From Hormiphora californensis (lineage: Eukaryota; Animalia; Ctenophora), in assembly GCA_020137815.1 (NCBI GenBank), contig CM035351.1, forward strand, positions 9,796,001 to 9,860,000: a stretch of DNA of 64,000 nt, given 5' to 3'. Below are positions 39,011 through 55,676 of this stretch, piece after piece. Position 1 is the first letter of the stretch, and every line of letters starts with the position of its first letter. The translations under genes were made by a program, and so were the position numbers. The notes beneath the pieces are model-generated. The model was not told the origin of the DNA and ran no database searches. It saw only the letters and a program-made list of their open reading frames with translations.

Positions 39011-40099
39011 TTGTAAAACCTTGTTTCACTTGTCACAAGAGTTGAATAAGATAATTTTATAGATAACCCTGGGAGTAAACCCGTTTTAGCACTCCCTATG
39101 GTTTTGTGCCCTCATACTGTAAATTGTGATTATATGCTGTGAACATAATCCCCCATTATAATCTTCATTCTTCTAGGTATACTGCGATATACCGGGATGT
39201 TTGGGGGGAAAGGGGTATTGCCCGGTATTCGGTAAATCGGGGTCCGAATGTAGGTCCTACTGCAATCTGCATTATATAATATATTGCAAAGAATACTTTT
39301 GGTGCTGCGATGTCTTATCCCTTTTTCGATTTATTTCTTTAATTTTAATTCTTTATTATAATAAGCTCATAATTCTTCGATTCGAAAAGAAGAGTATTTT
39401 TAGAACTCCATGCGTTCAAATAATTGTCATCGCTTCATCTTCACCTGATCACTCTGTGTTCTATTTTGTCTTTAATTTTTTCCCATTCTTTCTTCCTTCT
39501 CTCTATATCTCTGTTTTCGTCATCACAGAATAACAGTCGGGAATAACAGTCATGCAATTTTTCTTGGAGTCATTAGGGGTGAGAAAGTGGGCTCTCGATA
39601 GGGGTAAGGGTATTAAATTGGCAGTCAACAGGAGGGAGAGGACTCAATATGGGGTGGGAGGAGTCAGTTGGGGTGAGGGGACTTCCGACGCGATTTAAGG
39701 GTTCAAAATGATGAGCTACGAAAATCGCAATATATAGTATCTGAAAGTTCAGAAGATTTGTCGGTAACGATTATTCGTCAAATCAGAAACCGGAACACGT
39801 CTTCAGGGTGCTAGAGTACTTCAGGGTGCTAGGGTGCTCCAATATTTTGTCAACTGCTAGGGTTAGCACGCTGAAATTTTACAGTCACGCTCTCTTTGGT
39901 GAGATCTAACTTTTTGAACCATTTCTACTGTCTCAAGTCATCCCTTCTGTGATTTATTGAGGTTAACTTCTATTTTGGGGCAAAAGTTAACCTCAAATTT
40001 CTCCTTAACGGTGTGCGCTAAAACTATTCCAACTATTCCAACTATTCCAAACCTCGAACGTGACTTTTTAGACCCATCGACCCCTCCCCCCCTCTGGCC

Positions 40100-41640
40100 T
40101 TCCTATCCCTACTATTTCTCTTTGGACGTGGTATCCCTCTACACCAACTGTGATATATGCACACTGCCGTGGACACTGCCATCTCTCGCCTTGAGGAACA
40201 GCCTGACCTCCTACCTTCTCCTCTAACACCCCAAACCTTACGGACCCTTCTCCTCTTCTGCCTTGATAATGCCTACTTTGAATTCGACGGGAAGTTCTAC
40301 AAGCAGACCTCTGGTGGAGTTATGGGATCACATCTCACTGTAGCCCTAGCTGAAATCCGCACCTCCCAACTGGAACAAAACGCCCTGGATACCTTCTCCG
40401 ACCCCCTTCACTCTTACCAGCACTTTGTAGACGGCACTTCCTAAACCACATCAACTCCCTCTCTTCTGACCTCCAGTACACCATTGAAAACCCCAAGGAC
40501 GGCTACCTTCCCTATCTTGATGTCCTCATCCACCCTGATCTTTCTACTTCTATCTACAGGAAACCTACCCACACCAACCTCTACCTAAAATACAACTCCT
40601 CTACCCCAGCATCTACTCGCCGCTCCGTCATCCAGTCCCTCACCAGACGTGCCTACACTCTCTGCTCTCCTCAACATGTGGAACAGGAACTCGACACCGT
40701 CTACCCTATCTGCCTGGCTAATGGATTCCCTCCTCACGAGACACCCACCCTGATGAACTCTGTACGTGATAAACTACACATGATACCCACTATTGGTGAC
40801 TTCGACCGTGAATGGAGAGACTCTCAACGCATCACCCACAGGATCTCCCTTCCGTATCATCCTGACCTCCCAACCAACCCACTGAAGAGGATCCTCAACC
40901 GCTACAACATCGCTGTATCCTTCTCTTCTTCTTCTACCTCCATTAGGAACACCCTCACCCGAACCAAATCGTCTACTCCCTCTTCTTCAACGTGCAACGT
41001 TATCTACCGTATTCCCTGTCTGGACTGTCCTGCCTCCTACATTGGCCAAACCAAACGACCTGTTCTTACTCGCATCACGGAACACGAGCGCCATCACCGT
41101 CTTGATAACTCTACTGATTCCTATATTCCATAATATGGAAACATCAAATCCGCCCCAGCCCTACATACCCTAAAATCTTCACACACCATTGGCTGGAACA
41201 ACACGGAAATCCTAACTACTACTCCATCCTCTTCCCACTTGGATCTCCTAGAACACGCTGCCATTACTATCCTCAAACCTGAACTCAACCGTACCCTCAA
41301 GGGACCCGCCATCAATCCTCAGTGGAACTCCCTCCTTCCTCGGATCACCTCTTCCTTCCGTCCTAGACCCAGCAACATCTCCAAGTTCGGATCACCCACC
41401 GCTTCCTAGCTGCTCACCTCCCTGGATCACTTACCTCTCTCCCCTTCCTGGATCTCCTCTCCTTCCTCACCACGTCTCCTCCCTCTGGATCACCTACCTC
41501 TTCTCCTCCCTTACAAGGAATACCACCCTCACTCTCATTATAGCTGAAGACAGTGATCTCGAAAGCTTCTGTCAATTTATTTGAATTAGTACCAATATAT
41601 CGTTGTCTATCTTGTTAATAATAACTGAATGATAAAAGGC
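40100..41640 (+). mobile_element. Penelope-like retroelement (RT + GIY-YIG), 5' truncated and frameshifted
   Basis: FSLDVVSLYTN; YFEFDGKFYKQTSGGVMGS; FVD; LPYLDV..IYRKPTHTNLYL; NVIYRIPCLDCPASYIGQTKR..RITEH. Confidence 0.92.
41540..41572 (+). ncRNA. Degenerate minimal hammerhead motif in the PLE 3' repeat
   Basis: atag-CTGAAGA-cagtgatctc-GAAA-gc-TT-ctgt, with a palindromic stem III (agct). The first pair of stem II is mismatched. Confidence 0.5.
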
Positions 41641-42132
41641 TTTTGCAACCCAGCCGGCCCCAGCAGTAGATCCCAAAACACCACTAAACACCGCAGGAAC
41701 TCGCAACAAACAACCAACAACATGCACGTGCAGTATCCCCCATCACTTCCGATACCCCTCCCAGAGCACCTCCTTGGCAACCCCCCTCTATTTGCACGTG
41801 GGATAATCCATAATCCTCCTCATCACGCCACGAATTTGCATCTTTTAATTAGGGTACTACCATCAATTTATCAGTCATGAGCTGATATTTGGGCCATTTT
41901 TTATTTTGTCTGTTTGAAATGAATTTTATTTTATAACTGGGCACACAAAAAGCGATAGATATGAGGTTGAGGAAAAAGTAGAGGAGAAAAATTAACTTTA
42001 CTATGTTTCTCTCCATGCATGTACTCACCCTCTATTGCAACAGCAGTTCTCTCATTAGCAGCTATACATTATAGTTTACGACACGAGCCTGCGTTTCCTT
42101 AAGCAAGAGGGGATAGAGACAGGGTGTATGTT

Positions 42133-42453
<321 letters not shown>

Positions 42454-43983
42454 ACCGGTTGACGTTTTGTTGTTTCCGGTTTTTTTGACGGGTTTGGTGC
42501 GTGATGTTGGAGTGTTGGAGAGGGTGTGGTTTGTGTGGTTGTGTGTTGTGTGTGGTGGTGTTGTGTGTGTGTGTTTGTGTGGTGTGTGTGTGGTGTGTGT
42601 GGGTTTTGTGTGGGGTGTGTGTTTGTGTGGGGTGTGTGTGTGTGTTGTGTGTGGTGTGTGTGTGTGTGTGTGTGGTGTGTGTGTGTTGTGTGTGTGTGTG
42701 TGTGTGTGTTGTGTGGTGTGTGTGTGTGTTTGTCGTTTTTGTCTGCGGTGTTGTCCGGTGCTTGATGTTGGTGCATGTGTGGCGTGGTGTCGGTTGGTGT
42801 GTTGTGGGATGTGTAATGTTATTGGAGTGTGTGAGTTGTGTGGTGTGATGTGTGCCGTGTGTGTCCTTTGTTTTTTGTGGTTGGTGGGGCGTGGTGCCGG
42901 TGTGTGCGGGTGTTGTTTGAAGTTGTGGAGATGTTTCGTGTGTGAGTGTGTGTAAGGAAAATTTTTCCGGGTTTTCCTCAAGTTCTCCGGTGTCCCTCGA
43001 AAGAAGTGTGGTCGAGCATACCTTCGCAGCCAATCAGATGTTCAAGCTGTGCACCAGCTGGGCACAGAAAAGCCAATTTTAGTCAGGATGTTGTGAAGTT
43101 TTTCTATTTGGAGGGTGTGGGTTGTCTTTAGTTTGTGTGGGTTGTGTGTGGTGATGTACACACGGTTTTGCACCCGGGGGTTGACAGGTTTGAATGGACA
43201 CGGTTTGTGTGTGTGATGTGTGGTTTGGGTCTTTCCTGTTGTTCGGTTTTCGAGACGAGTTGGACAACGTTTTTATACTCAAGATTGCACGGGTTCCCCG
43301 GGCGTAGAATGTTGGATGCATAACCTGTCCGTCTATTAAGGCAGTGGTGTGGTTGTGGTGCTGTTGTTGGGGTATACACGGTATACACGTTTACGGTTAC
43401 ACGGCGGAGTGTGTGGAGTTTGTGTTGTGGTGTGTGGTTTAAGCCGGTTTGTCCTTTTAGTAAAATAATTCTCCTTCCCGGCGGTGAAATGTTGGGAGCA
43501 TAACCGCCACCGGGGGACCAGGGGTGTAGGTTTGAGATTTGGGGATAACATGTTAGTGAATGAATGATGTGTTTAAAAGGCCGGAGTTCCGGGTTGTTCT
43601 AATGTCTGGTGTGTAGGCAGCTAGCGGTTGTCCAGAAGATGTTTCGCAGTTAATACTTAATAACACGTTAAAGGGCCTGCACCGGGGGATTTAGAGATTA
43701 TGTCGTGGGGATGTTGGTGGAAACCGCGGTTTTCCTATTTTGGTGTTGGAGGCTTTGCAGTTTAGCGCATGTTAGTCGTCTATTAAGTTTGTTAAAAGTC
43801 TCGAAAGGCAGTACGATCTCAGGGGTTGGTCCCCGTTTCGTATTTTGAAAAAGGTTTGGGAGTTGGTTGTCGCTGTGTGTGAGATGGTGTGTGAGTGTGT
43901 GTGTGTTGTTGGTGGGGGTTGTTGTGAGGTGTTGTGGAGTGTGTGAGAGTTGGTTTGTGTGTGGTGTGTGTGTGTGTGTGTTG

Positions 43984-44016
<33 letters not shown>

Positions 44017-44255
44017 TTGTGTGTGTGTGTTTGTGTGTGTGTTGTGTGGTGTGTTGTGTGTGTGTGTGTGTGTGTGTGCACGGTGTTTTGTGTTTGGTGT
44101 TTGATGATAATTGTGCAGGGTTTTGTGTGTGTGTAGATGTTGGTAGTGGTGTGTCGAGTAAGGACACAGGGTTGTCAGGTTTTGTCACGGTTGGTTCAGT
44201 TTTGGGGTTTCCCGGTGTGTAGAATGTGTGGTGCCCTGTGGTGTTGTGGGTTGGT

Positions 44256-45197
<942 letters not shown>

Positions 45198-45231
45198 CAC
45201 GGTTTGACACGGTTTGACACGGTTTGACACG

Positions 45232-47334
<2,103 letters not shown>

Positions 47335-47565
47335 GGGGTTATGGAGCCTTCTGTAATAAACGGAGATGTACGCTAGTTATCGACAAATGCTCAATAAAAT
47401 TTTGAGATATGTGTGTAACTGGTTCGAGGTTAATAGCACCCTCATAAATATAATGACTAATGCTTATATAAAGCTCACACGTTTAACATTGCAGCACTAT
47501 AACAGATCTATGTAAGAAAGAAAGACAGGGTGGAAGAAGAAAGAAGATGGCTCGGTAAAACTGAC

Positions 47566-48045
47566 ATGTCAGGCGAAACAACAAACTATCTAGGAATCAT
47601 CTGTGCAGTTGCAGGACTCTTTTTTTTCGTTGTGATCGCTTCCATATGTATGTCCTGTATAAAATACTGTCGCAAACAACTTGCCAAAAAGAGGGCTAGT
47701 GCCCCGCCATCTAGTGTTCCCAACCGAATTTCATTGAGAAGACCTAAAGAAAGGAACCAAACATCACCTTCCAGAAGAGAATCTTATAACGATCCCTCGA
47801 CCATAGGGAGCAAAAAATCCCGCAAGGCCTCCCGTAATAGGAATAAATTCCTGTTAGGTATTCACCATGGCGGTTTATCACTGGAAGTAGAGAGCCCAAG
47901 TATCAGCGTTCCTGACCTAACCAGTGCACAGGAGCCAATGCCAGATTCAATCCTAAAAAAGACTTCCCAGTATTGCAGTTTTGAAAGTTTCAAATCTGTT
48001 TCATCAGCTGGTGGAGGTTGGATAACGCCCGATCAGGATAGGTGA
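47566..48045 (+). CDS. Small single-pass (type III-like) membrane protein, 159 aa, paralog 2
   Basis: Start taken at ATG 47566 (MSGETTNYLGII) by alignment to paralog 1. TM, CMSC and a basic cluster follow; the C-terminal region has ILKKTSQYCSFESFKSVSSA. Confidence 0.8.
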   Translation: MSGETTNYLGIICAVAGLFFFVVIASICMSCIKYCRKQLAKKRASAPPSSVPNRISLRRPKERNQTSPSRRESYNDPSTIGSKKSRKASRNRNKFLLGIHHGGLSLEVESPSISVPDLTSAQEPMPDSILKKTSQYCSFESFKSVSSAGGGWITPDQDR

Positions 48046-48545
48046 TGATAGGGAGAGACTAAAGATTCAGTAGTTTTGTGTGTATTTCAATGCTCCTGTT
48101 ATGACTGAGCTGAGATGTGTGAAATTGTACATTACGATATGGGTTTTTTCGCCATAGCGGACTCAAATCTCATCCAATCTCATCCAATCGATCTCAAAAT
48201 TTCGTGACGTCGCGTTATGACGTCAAAATGACGTCAAAATTGAATTTTTTTCAATCTAGCTATTCCAACCTCTCAGTACCTGTTCTTCTACATCTGAATG
48301 GATTAAAAATCCCAAAAATGATGCAAATTATACCAAAACTAATTGAACTGGTAGGCCGGAAAGGTTGCCCTATGATTTGAGCTACCTTAGGCACCAGTAC
48401 ATTCCCTTTTGAAGATAGACGAAGCATCTGTTATACCCTGTCTGTACCCCGTGAATGTTACGGTGGCAAAGGTAGCTCAAATCATAGGGCAACCTTTCTG
48501 GCCTACTAATTTCAATTAGTTTTGGTATAATCTATATAAAATATA

Positions 48546-51500
48546 GGGTAAACCGGGGCAAAATGGTTAACTTTTTACTTAATCGGTTCTCACCCCCGTT
48601 TAAAAAAAGATAAGACGAAAAAAACATATAGGATTAAAGTTCATTATTTTATCGTTCAAATAAGATAAATTTCAACTCTAGGGACCATTATTTACTTAAT
48701 TAAATACCTTTTTTAAAAATTTTGGTGGGCAAAATTGGTACCGGGGCAAAATGGTACAGGGTCACCACACACCAAAGTTAAAATTAAAATTAAAATTTTA
48801 ATTTTAACACCGCACACACCAGCGGCCGTTAAAATTTCTCTCCCCATTCTAAAAGTAACAATCTCACGCATGATTTTGACGGTCGCGTTGGATGATAAAA
48901 TTTTAACACACCGTTAACCCTTTGAGGCCCAGAGGGTCATATATGTCCAAAAGTTTGAGGCTTCCTAGCGACAAGCCTGATAAAGTTTTGGCCTAAAATA
49001 AAATGCCAGGTGGTAGCTTGAACGATTCTCTATCTATAAATCGGGACATTTTCATGCCAAGTTGTATGAGGAAGTTCCTAATTAGGACTAAATGAACCCC
49101 ACTTCGGTCATTTTTTCTAATTAGGTCTAATTTCCTGATGAATTGTCCTAAACTAATTTCCTTCTAGAATAATATACTAGTAGATTAAATGGAGCTGCTA
49201 GAACAAACGGCATCAAAAAATATTCATTTTTGACTGAGAAAACTCAATTTTTGGTTTCGGGTCATATATGACCCTCTGGGTCGTTTGGGAAGTTAAGAAT
49301 TTCAAACGGCCTGGGAGTCCTCCGTATGCTTTCAGAGTCTCAAAAACTGGTTAGTCAGTGCCCTAATGATTATACAAATCCACAGGAACCGTTTCATGAA
49401 CCGTATTGACCGATTTCTACGATTTAGTCTAGGTTTAGGGTCATATATGACCCTCTGGGTCGTTCACGGAAAACTACCTATCATATTAAATTCAGTCTTT
49501 AAACGCCGTTTATGATCAAACAAGATGCTAAACCCGCAGTAATTCATCACATTAGTGGGGGTAGATCATCAAATTAAGTCCCTATCTCGACCACTTATCG
49601 AGATAATTGGGTAATTATGTCATTATCTTCATGCGCATACCTCCAGATTTGGGAGAAGTTTTGGGGCAAATGAGGGCACTAAAACGTGTAGAATCATCGC
49701 ATTAGTGGGGGTAGAGCACAAAATTAAGTCCCTATTCCTACTTCTAACTGATATAATTGGATAATTAGGTAATTGAAGGTTGTGCAACTACCATGCTTCA
49801 CCAAAGCGCACGGTTCAGGCTGGTCCTGATCATACATCACTTCTGCATCAGGTTGTATCCTAACGGTGAAGTTCAGATTACTTTAAAGTGAAAAGAGGTG
49901 AAATACAACAGGTCAAAGGTCGCTAAAAATAGGTTTAGGTCAAGTATGAGGGTTATTAGGCTGTAGGGATGATCCTACCTTGCGCTTCGGTGAAGCATGG
50001 TAGTTGCACAACCTTCAATTATCCAATTATCCAATTATTTCAATTAGAAGTAGGAATAGGGACTTAATTTTGTGCTCTACCCCCACTAATGCGATGATTC
50101 TACACGTTTTAGTGCCCTCATTTGCCCCAAAACGTTTCCCAAATCTGGAGGTATGCGCATGATGATAATGACATAATTACCCAATTATCTCGATAAGGGA
50201 TCGAGATAGGGACTTAACTTAATGCTCTACCCCCACTAATGTGATGATTTACTGCGGGTTTGGCATCTTATTTGATCATAAACAGCGTCCAAAGCCTGAA
50301 TAACACATGTGAGGTGATGTGCAATGAACAACCCAGAGTGTCATATGACCTGAAACCTACCCCTAATTAGAGAAATCAGTCAATTAAGATCATGTAACGG
50401 TTCCTGTCAACTCGTTTCATCTCTAGGGCACTGACTAACCAGATTTTATGGCTTGGAAGGCATATGGAGGACCCCTAGGCCGCTTGAAATTCTTAACTTC
50501 CCAAACGACCCAGAGGGTCATATATGACCCATGCTGTATCTGAAAAAGTAATGAACCGATTTGAAAAACTATTTTTCCCCTAATCTTAGAGTATCATGCT
50601 GGGTATATCTGGGAAAAATTAGAAAATTTCGTTCAGCCAATCACTATGGGCGCGCGAGATTGTTGTGAGTTACATCATCCTGGTCACAGCACCATTTGTG
50701 CGTGTGTCTCTCTGTAGAGCCTATCTGTACCCTTGACCTTCTTCCGTGGTCCCAGGCTCACACAGCACACTACACAATAAATCCCGTGTCACTGCACCTC
50801 ATGTGTGTTACACCCAACACCACATATGGTCGTGTTTCATATTGATTGGTCGTTTGACCAAAAATTTTCAGAAGAGAATTGCGAATCAACCAAAAGGCTT
50901 GGCTGGTTACTCATATACTGCAATAAGTGCATAATACTTTGAACTATACTTTAGTGAAGAAACGGTTACTCTTATTCAACGGCTTTCAGAGATATAGGCT
51001 AAAACATCAGTGCGGTTCAAAGTTACGGCACAGGGCTCTCATAGTTTGCTAGTTGCGATTAAACTTTTGAAATTTCAGGAATTATTAGAAATAATTTTTC
51101 GTCAAAGGATTAGCTAGGTTTTGAGAAAAATTTACTCATATTGTGCGGCACACAGCTATTTTCTACCGAAAATCTTACTCCTAAGGTGTAAAATGAGTAA
51201 ATTGATGTTTAAGTTTTTGCACACATAGTTGATATATCAACTCAAGTCCAGGCTGTATCGGCTGTATCGTATAGTCATATCCTCCAAGTCCTAACCGGTA
51301 TTCCCATAGTGGCAGAACAAAGTTCTAAACAAGTTGACTGTTTTGTGGGTAAAGATAAAAGAAGGTAATATAACAGATCAACTTCCTCACGTCACACTAT
51401 CACTTGCACAACCAGATATTTAGTACAAGGGGGAAGATACCGGGAGAGCTAGCTCTGACCATGAACTCCATATGGCGCTCCAGAGTGCTCTGAGCTCTAA

Positions 51501-52653
51501 CAGTTATCTCACAGCTCTAACAGTTATCTCACAGCTTAAATACTCAACCACAATGGCTTCGCATTCAGACTACGAGGTACTGCAAGCCCGATAACCACCA
51601 ACTTGCACCAAACATGCTGACATCTCACACCTCGCTATCACTATCACAATCATACAAATGCAACTCACAATCTCATGCACTAAATAATAAACAAACGGAC
51701 AAACATACTCATACGGCAACAATCACTCACACTGCAATCACACATGACACACTAGGACATACACAGGTCCTACATTGTTACTTTTAGAATGGGGGAGAGA
51801 AATTTTAACGGCCGCTGGTGTGTGCGGCGTTAAAATTAAAATTTTAATTTTAATTTTAACTTTGGTGTGTGGTGACCCACACTCGCCCGTAGCGCCAAAA
51901 CTAAGCATTTTAGGGTATATGTTTGTTCATAAGTCATATATAAACCTGCCCATTCCGGAGCGGATTCTATAAGGAAAAAACAATTGGGTCACCCAATTAG
52001 CCATAATCAGCATACTCATCTTGGCACACACAAAAGACGTCATATTTCACTGGAATTTCACTAATTCGCCCATAACTCCAAAACTAAGCATTTGAGACCA
52101 CATTTTTCTTCATAAGTCATATATAAACATGTCCTTATGAAGCAACATTATATGGTATAAAATGCTTAGTTTTGGAGTTATAACTCATAAATGGCGAATT
52201 AGTGAAATCCCAGTGAAATATGACGTCTTTTGTCATTTGTGTGTGCCAAGATGGGTATGCTGATTGTGGCTAATTGGGTGACCCAATTGATTTTTCCTTA
52301 TAGAATCCGCTGCGGAATGGTCAGGTTTATATATGACTGACATCAGTTTCAATTTTGCAACTACATATACCAGTTACAAAATTTGAAACTGATGTCAGTT
52401 TCAATTTTGCAACTGGAGCGTTATGAACACCGATTTTGCCCCGGTGCAAATTTTCCAAAAAACGCCTCACCAAATTATTTGAATTGATTAATTAACCCAT
52501 TAAATAACAAGTTTGTAGATTTTAAAGTTTAGCTCGGCTGAAAGGAAAAGGTTTCATTGGATAGCCTATATATATTTTTTCTTCATGCTGTATAAATTGC
52601 GTATTTTAGAACCCAAAACGTTAAAAGTGGGCCACTTTGACCCCAGCTTACCC
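48546..52653. mobile_element. TA-flanked GGGTAA..GGGGCAAA MITE, outermost element of a nest
   Basis: ta-gggtaaaccggggcaaaatgg ... ccactttgaccccagcttaccc-ta. A related fragment lies near 12296-12440. Confidence 0.6.
48759..51878. mobile_element. GGGTCA-ended element with 3-bp TSD (ACA), expanded to 3.1 kb
   Basis: Inverted ends of about 105 bp with ACA on both flanks. It contains a TTAA-CCCT (piggyBac-like) end at about 48918 and a 1.27 kb palindrome at 49259..50530. Confidence 0.75.
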
Positions 52654-53033
52654 TATAATATTACTATGACATGCATTTTGTAATAAACGCGGATTGGGGA
52701 TTCACGGCCATTTTCCAATCTCGGATATCATTTGCGAATAATTAATATCACAGTATTCGCGGACAACCAATCGTGAATATAACTGATATAACTGATCACG
52801 AATCCGTTATGCTCTCTTTTCGGAGCGTGTTCGTCTACACATTGCGTGTCGCGGGTGAACGAGCTAACCCGGGTGAACGAGCTAACAATAGTGAACTTAC
52901 ATGCGATATACTGCATCGCGCGCATGTAATTGCACTATTGTTAGCTTGTTCACCCGGGTTTGGTACAGCCTGCGACGCGCAATGTTGAGACGAACACGTT
53001 CCGAAAATGCAGGATTATAAGTTATTGTGATTA

Positions 53034-54188
53034 GGGTAGCCACTGGCTATTTGAAACGCCTGCCAATGTGAAACAGTGTCTGACTATTTGAAACGCATGG
53101 TCTGGCTATTTGAAACGTAGTGCCGCGTATGTAGTAGCTTGTCTTGGGAGATGCATAGCAAACAGTAGGTACTCATGCCGTTTTAAATTCGTTGTTTTAA
53201 ATTCTGAAATAGAAACAATCCTTGTGTTTAAACAAAAAATTCAAAGATTTGCTCTTTATTTCAAAAAATGAAAATTGAGAAACTTAAATATAATTATGTA
53301 TAAATAGCTTTTTTAAACCTCTGGGCTCCGTCTCAGATCGGAAAAGTGTTCTAATTAAGCATAATTGGGTCTTATTTACCCCATTTACAACTTTTCACCT
53401 GGAAATGATTTATACTTATGTGAGGGCACTTTTCCGACTAATTTTGATACGCTGAATCATGTAAGCAACCTTTCCAATCCCTCAGAGGTCGAGAAAATGC
53501 CTTAATTGAGCAATTATACTCAATTAGGGACCTCATACGGATTGGAAAAGTTGCTTACGTGATTCAGCGTATCGAAATTAGTCGGGTTCAGTGGTTTTCG
53601 CTATGTTATGAGCTGCAGGGCAAGCGAGTCTGGTAACTTGAAACACTGCGGAGGGCTATTTGAAACACTTTTCTCCAAATCCGCTGTCGGAAATTTTTGA
53701 TGTTCATTTTGAGCATAGGGAGGATATGAATTATGAGTTTAGCCATTTTCGCCAAAAATTGGCCGAATTCGGGGCAAAAACCGTTTTCCTGGCTATTTGG
53801 AACAATTTTTGGAAACATTCACTGCACCAAGCCCCCCCCCCCCCCCCCACCAGGCACATGCAAACAAATTCAGATTTCAGACATGGAATGGCTCTGCACA
53901 ACCCTTTTCTAACTATTCCATGTCAAAAATTTCGGTTTCGTGGAGAAATTGAGGGAGATACGGGTGTTTCAAATTAGCAGACCGAGGCGGGCTATCTGAA
54001 ACACCAAATTTGGATAGATATCACGTGACCCTGGCCCCGGAAGACAAAATGAGACATCTCCAACCACCCAAAAAACTACCCAGGGACTGTCTCGGTAACA
54101 CAAGGTCAAAAAAATTTGGGTTCGACTTGATTTGTGAGCAGGCAAGGGAAAAAAGTGAAAAACTGTTTCAAATAGCCAGTGGCTACCC
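53034..54188. mobile_element. TA-flanked GGGTAGCCACTGG element, second copy
   Basis: Perfect 24-bp TIR with TA flanks. Confidence 0.85.
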
Positions 54189-54796
54189 TAGTTATCGCGA
54201 TTTGCTATCTGCGATTAGCTATCCGCGATTGGTTACTACAGTCGGACCCCGATTTACTGGGATCCTCGGGGGAAGCCATTTTGCCCGGTAAATCGGGGTG
54301 TCCGGTATATCGGGGTAGAGCATATTTGACCCATAAATCCTAATTTTGTCCAGAATTCTATACCAAGACACCTCTAACTGTATAGTATACATTTATTGAT
54401 GACAATATGATCATTGCTTCTGTCATTAGAAATAGAATTAAATTTAAAAAATTCAAAAAAAAATGTATAAACTTTTTCTAAGGTAAACCACCACGACCGA
54501 GTCCGAATCGTGTTTCGAATCGGTGCATCTTATCACGTTCCCTGCCGCTAATTAGACGGCCTCTATTGTGTACGCAAAAAAGTGGTTACTTTACGGTGGT
54601 TAGTCACGCTAAAAACGGCCTTTTTGTCTAAAACACGACCCTTTATAATAGCGTAACTCCGATTTGCATGAAATTTTGAACGTGGACTCTAGGTAACAAG
54701 GCAACACGAAGTACGAACTACCAAGCGGCAAGTTCGTAGGACAACGGGAAGGTTGTCTAAAACAAAGTTGAAATCGCCGATTTCAGACAATAAGTA

Positions 54797-55676
54797 CAGT
54801 CGGACCCCGATTTAGTGGCCCCCGATTTAGTGGCACCCCGATTTAGTGGCAGAATTTTTTTCCCCCAAAAATTTTTTTGATTTTTTTTGTGAAATTTTTT
54901 TGAAAATTTTTTGAAATTTTTTCAAAGGAATACCAGCCACGTCTGAATCGTGTTTCGAATCAGTGAATCTTATCGCATGTCCTGCTGCTAATTAGACGGT
55001 TCGGAACGAACCGATACGTGATCCCCATGGGGCCATTGAATCATAATAAGTTCACCAAGCGTCAAAATTTCGATTCGATGGGGATCACGTTTCGATTCGT
55101 TCCGAACCGTCTAATTAGCAGCAGGACATGCGATAAGATGCACCGATTCGAAACACGATTCGGATGTGGCGGGTATACCTTTAAAAAAAATTTACAACTT
55201 TTTTTTTGCAAAATTTTACAGTACGATCGTCAATGCTTTGATCGGTGCTCCCCATAAATTTTGAGAGAAAAAGTTATTTTGAAATTTTGATACTTCCTCA
55301 CCCGCTTAGGGTGCCCCGATTTGGCATGGTATCACGTATCAGTTCGTTTCGAACCCGCTAATTAGACAGGACATCCAGGAAGCTGCATGCACCGATTCGA
55401 AACACATCGGACGGGCTGGTATAACTTAGAAAATTTTTCACAATTTTTTTGAAAAATTTATTTGATAGTTTTCTATTTTTAATCAGAAATGATCATGTAA
55501 TCAATAAATGAATATTGCATATATAACAGTTAGAGGTGTCTTTAGTCTTAGTATGGCATTTTGGGCATAAAATAAATTTTTATGGGCCAAATATGGCTCA
55601 CCTCGATTTAGTGGCACCCCGATTTAGTGGCAGGATTTCTTTCCCCCGAGGATGCCACTAAATCGGGGTCCGACTG
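54797..55676. mobile_element. Tc1/pogo-like MITE (CAGTCGGACCCCGATTTA), uninterrupted copy
   Basis: TA TSD, TIR and subterminal ccccgatttagtgg repeats. Confidence 0.88.

Noticed and set aside
51254-51774. Possible second solo LTR (TG...CA, AATAAA)
   Set aside because: No TSD or second copy is visible, so the boundaries are unsupported.
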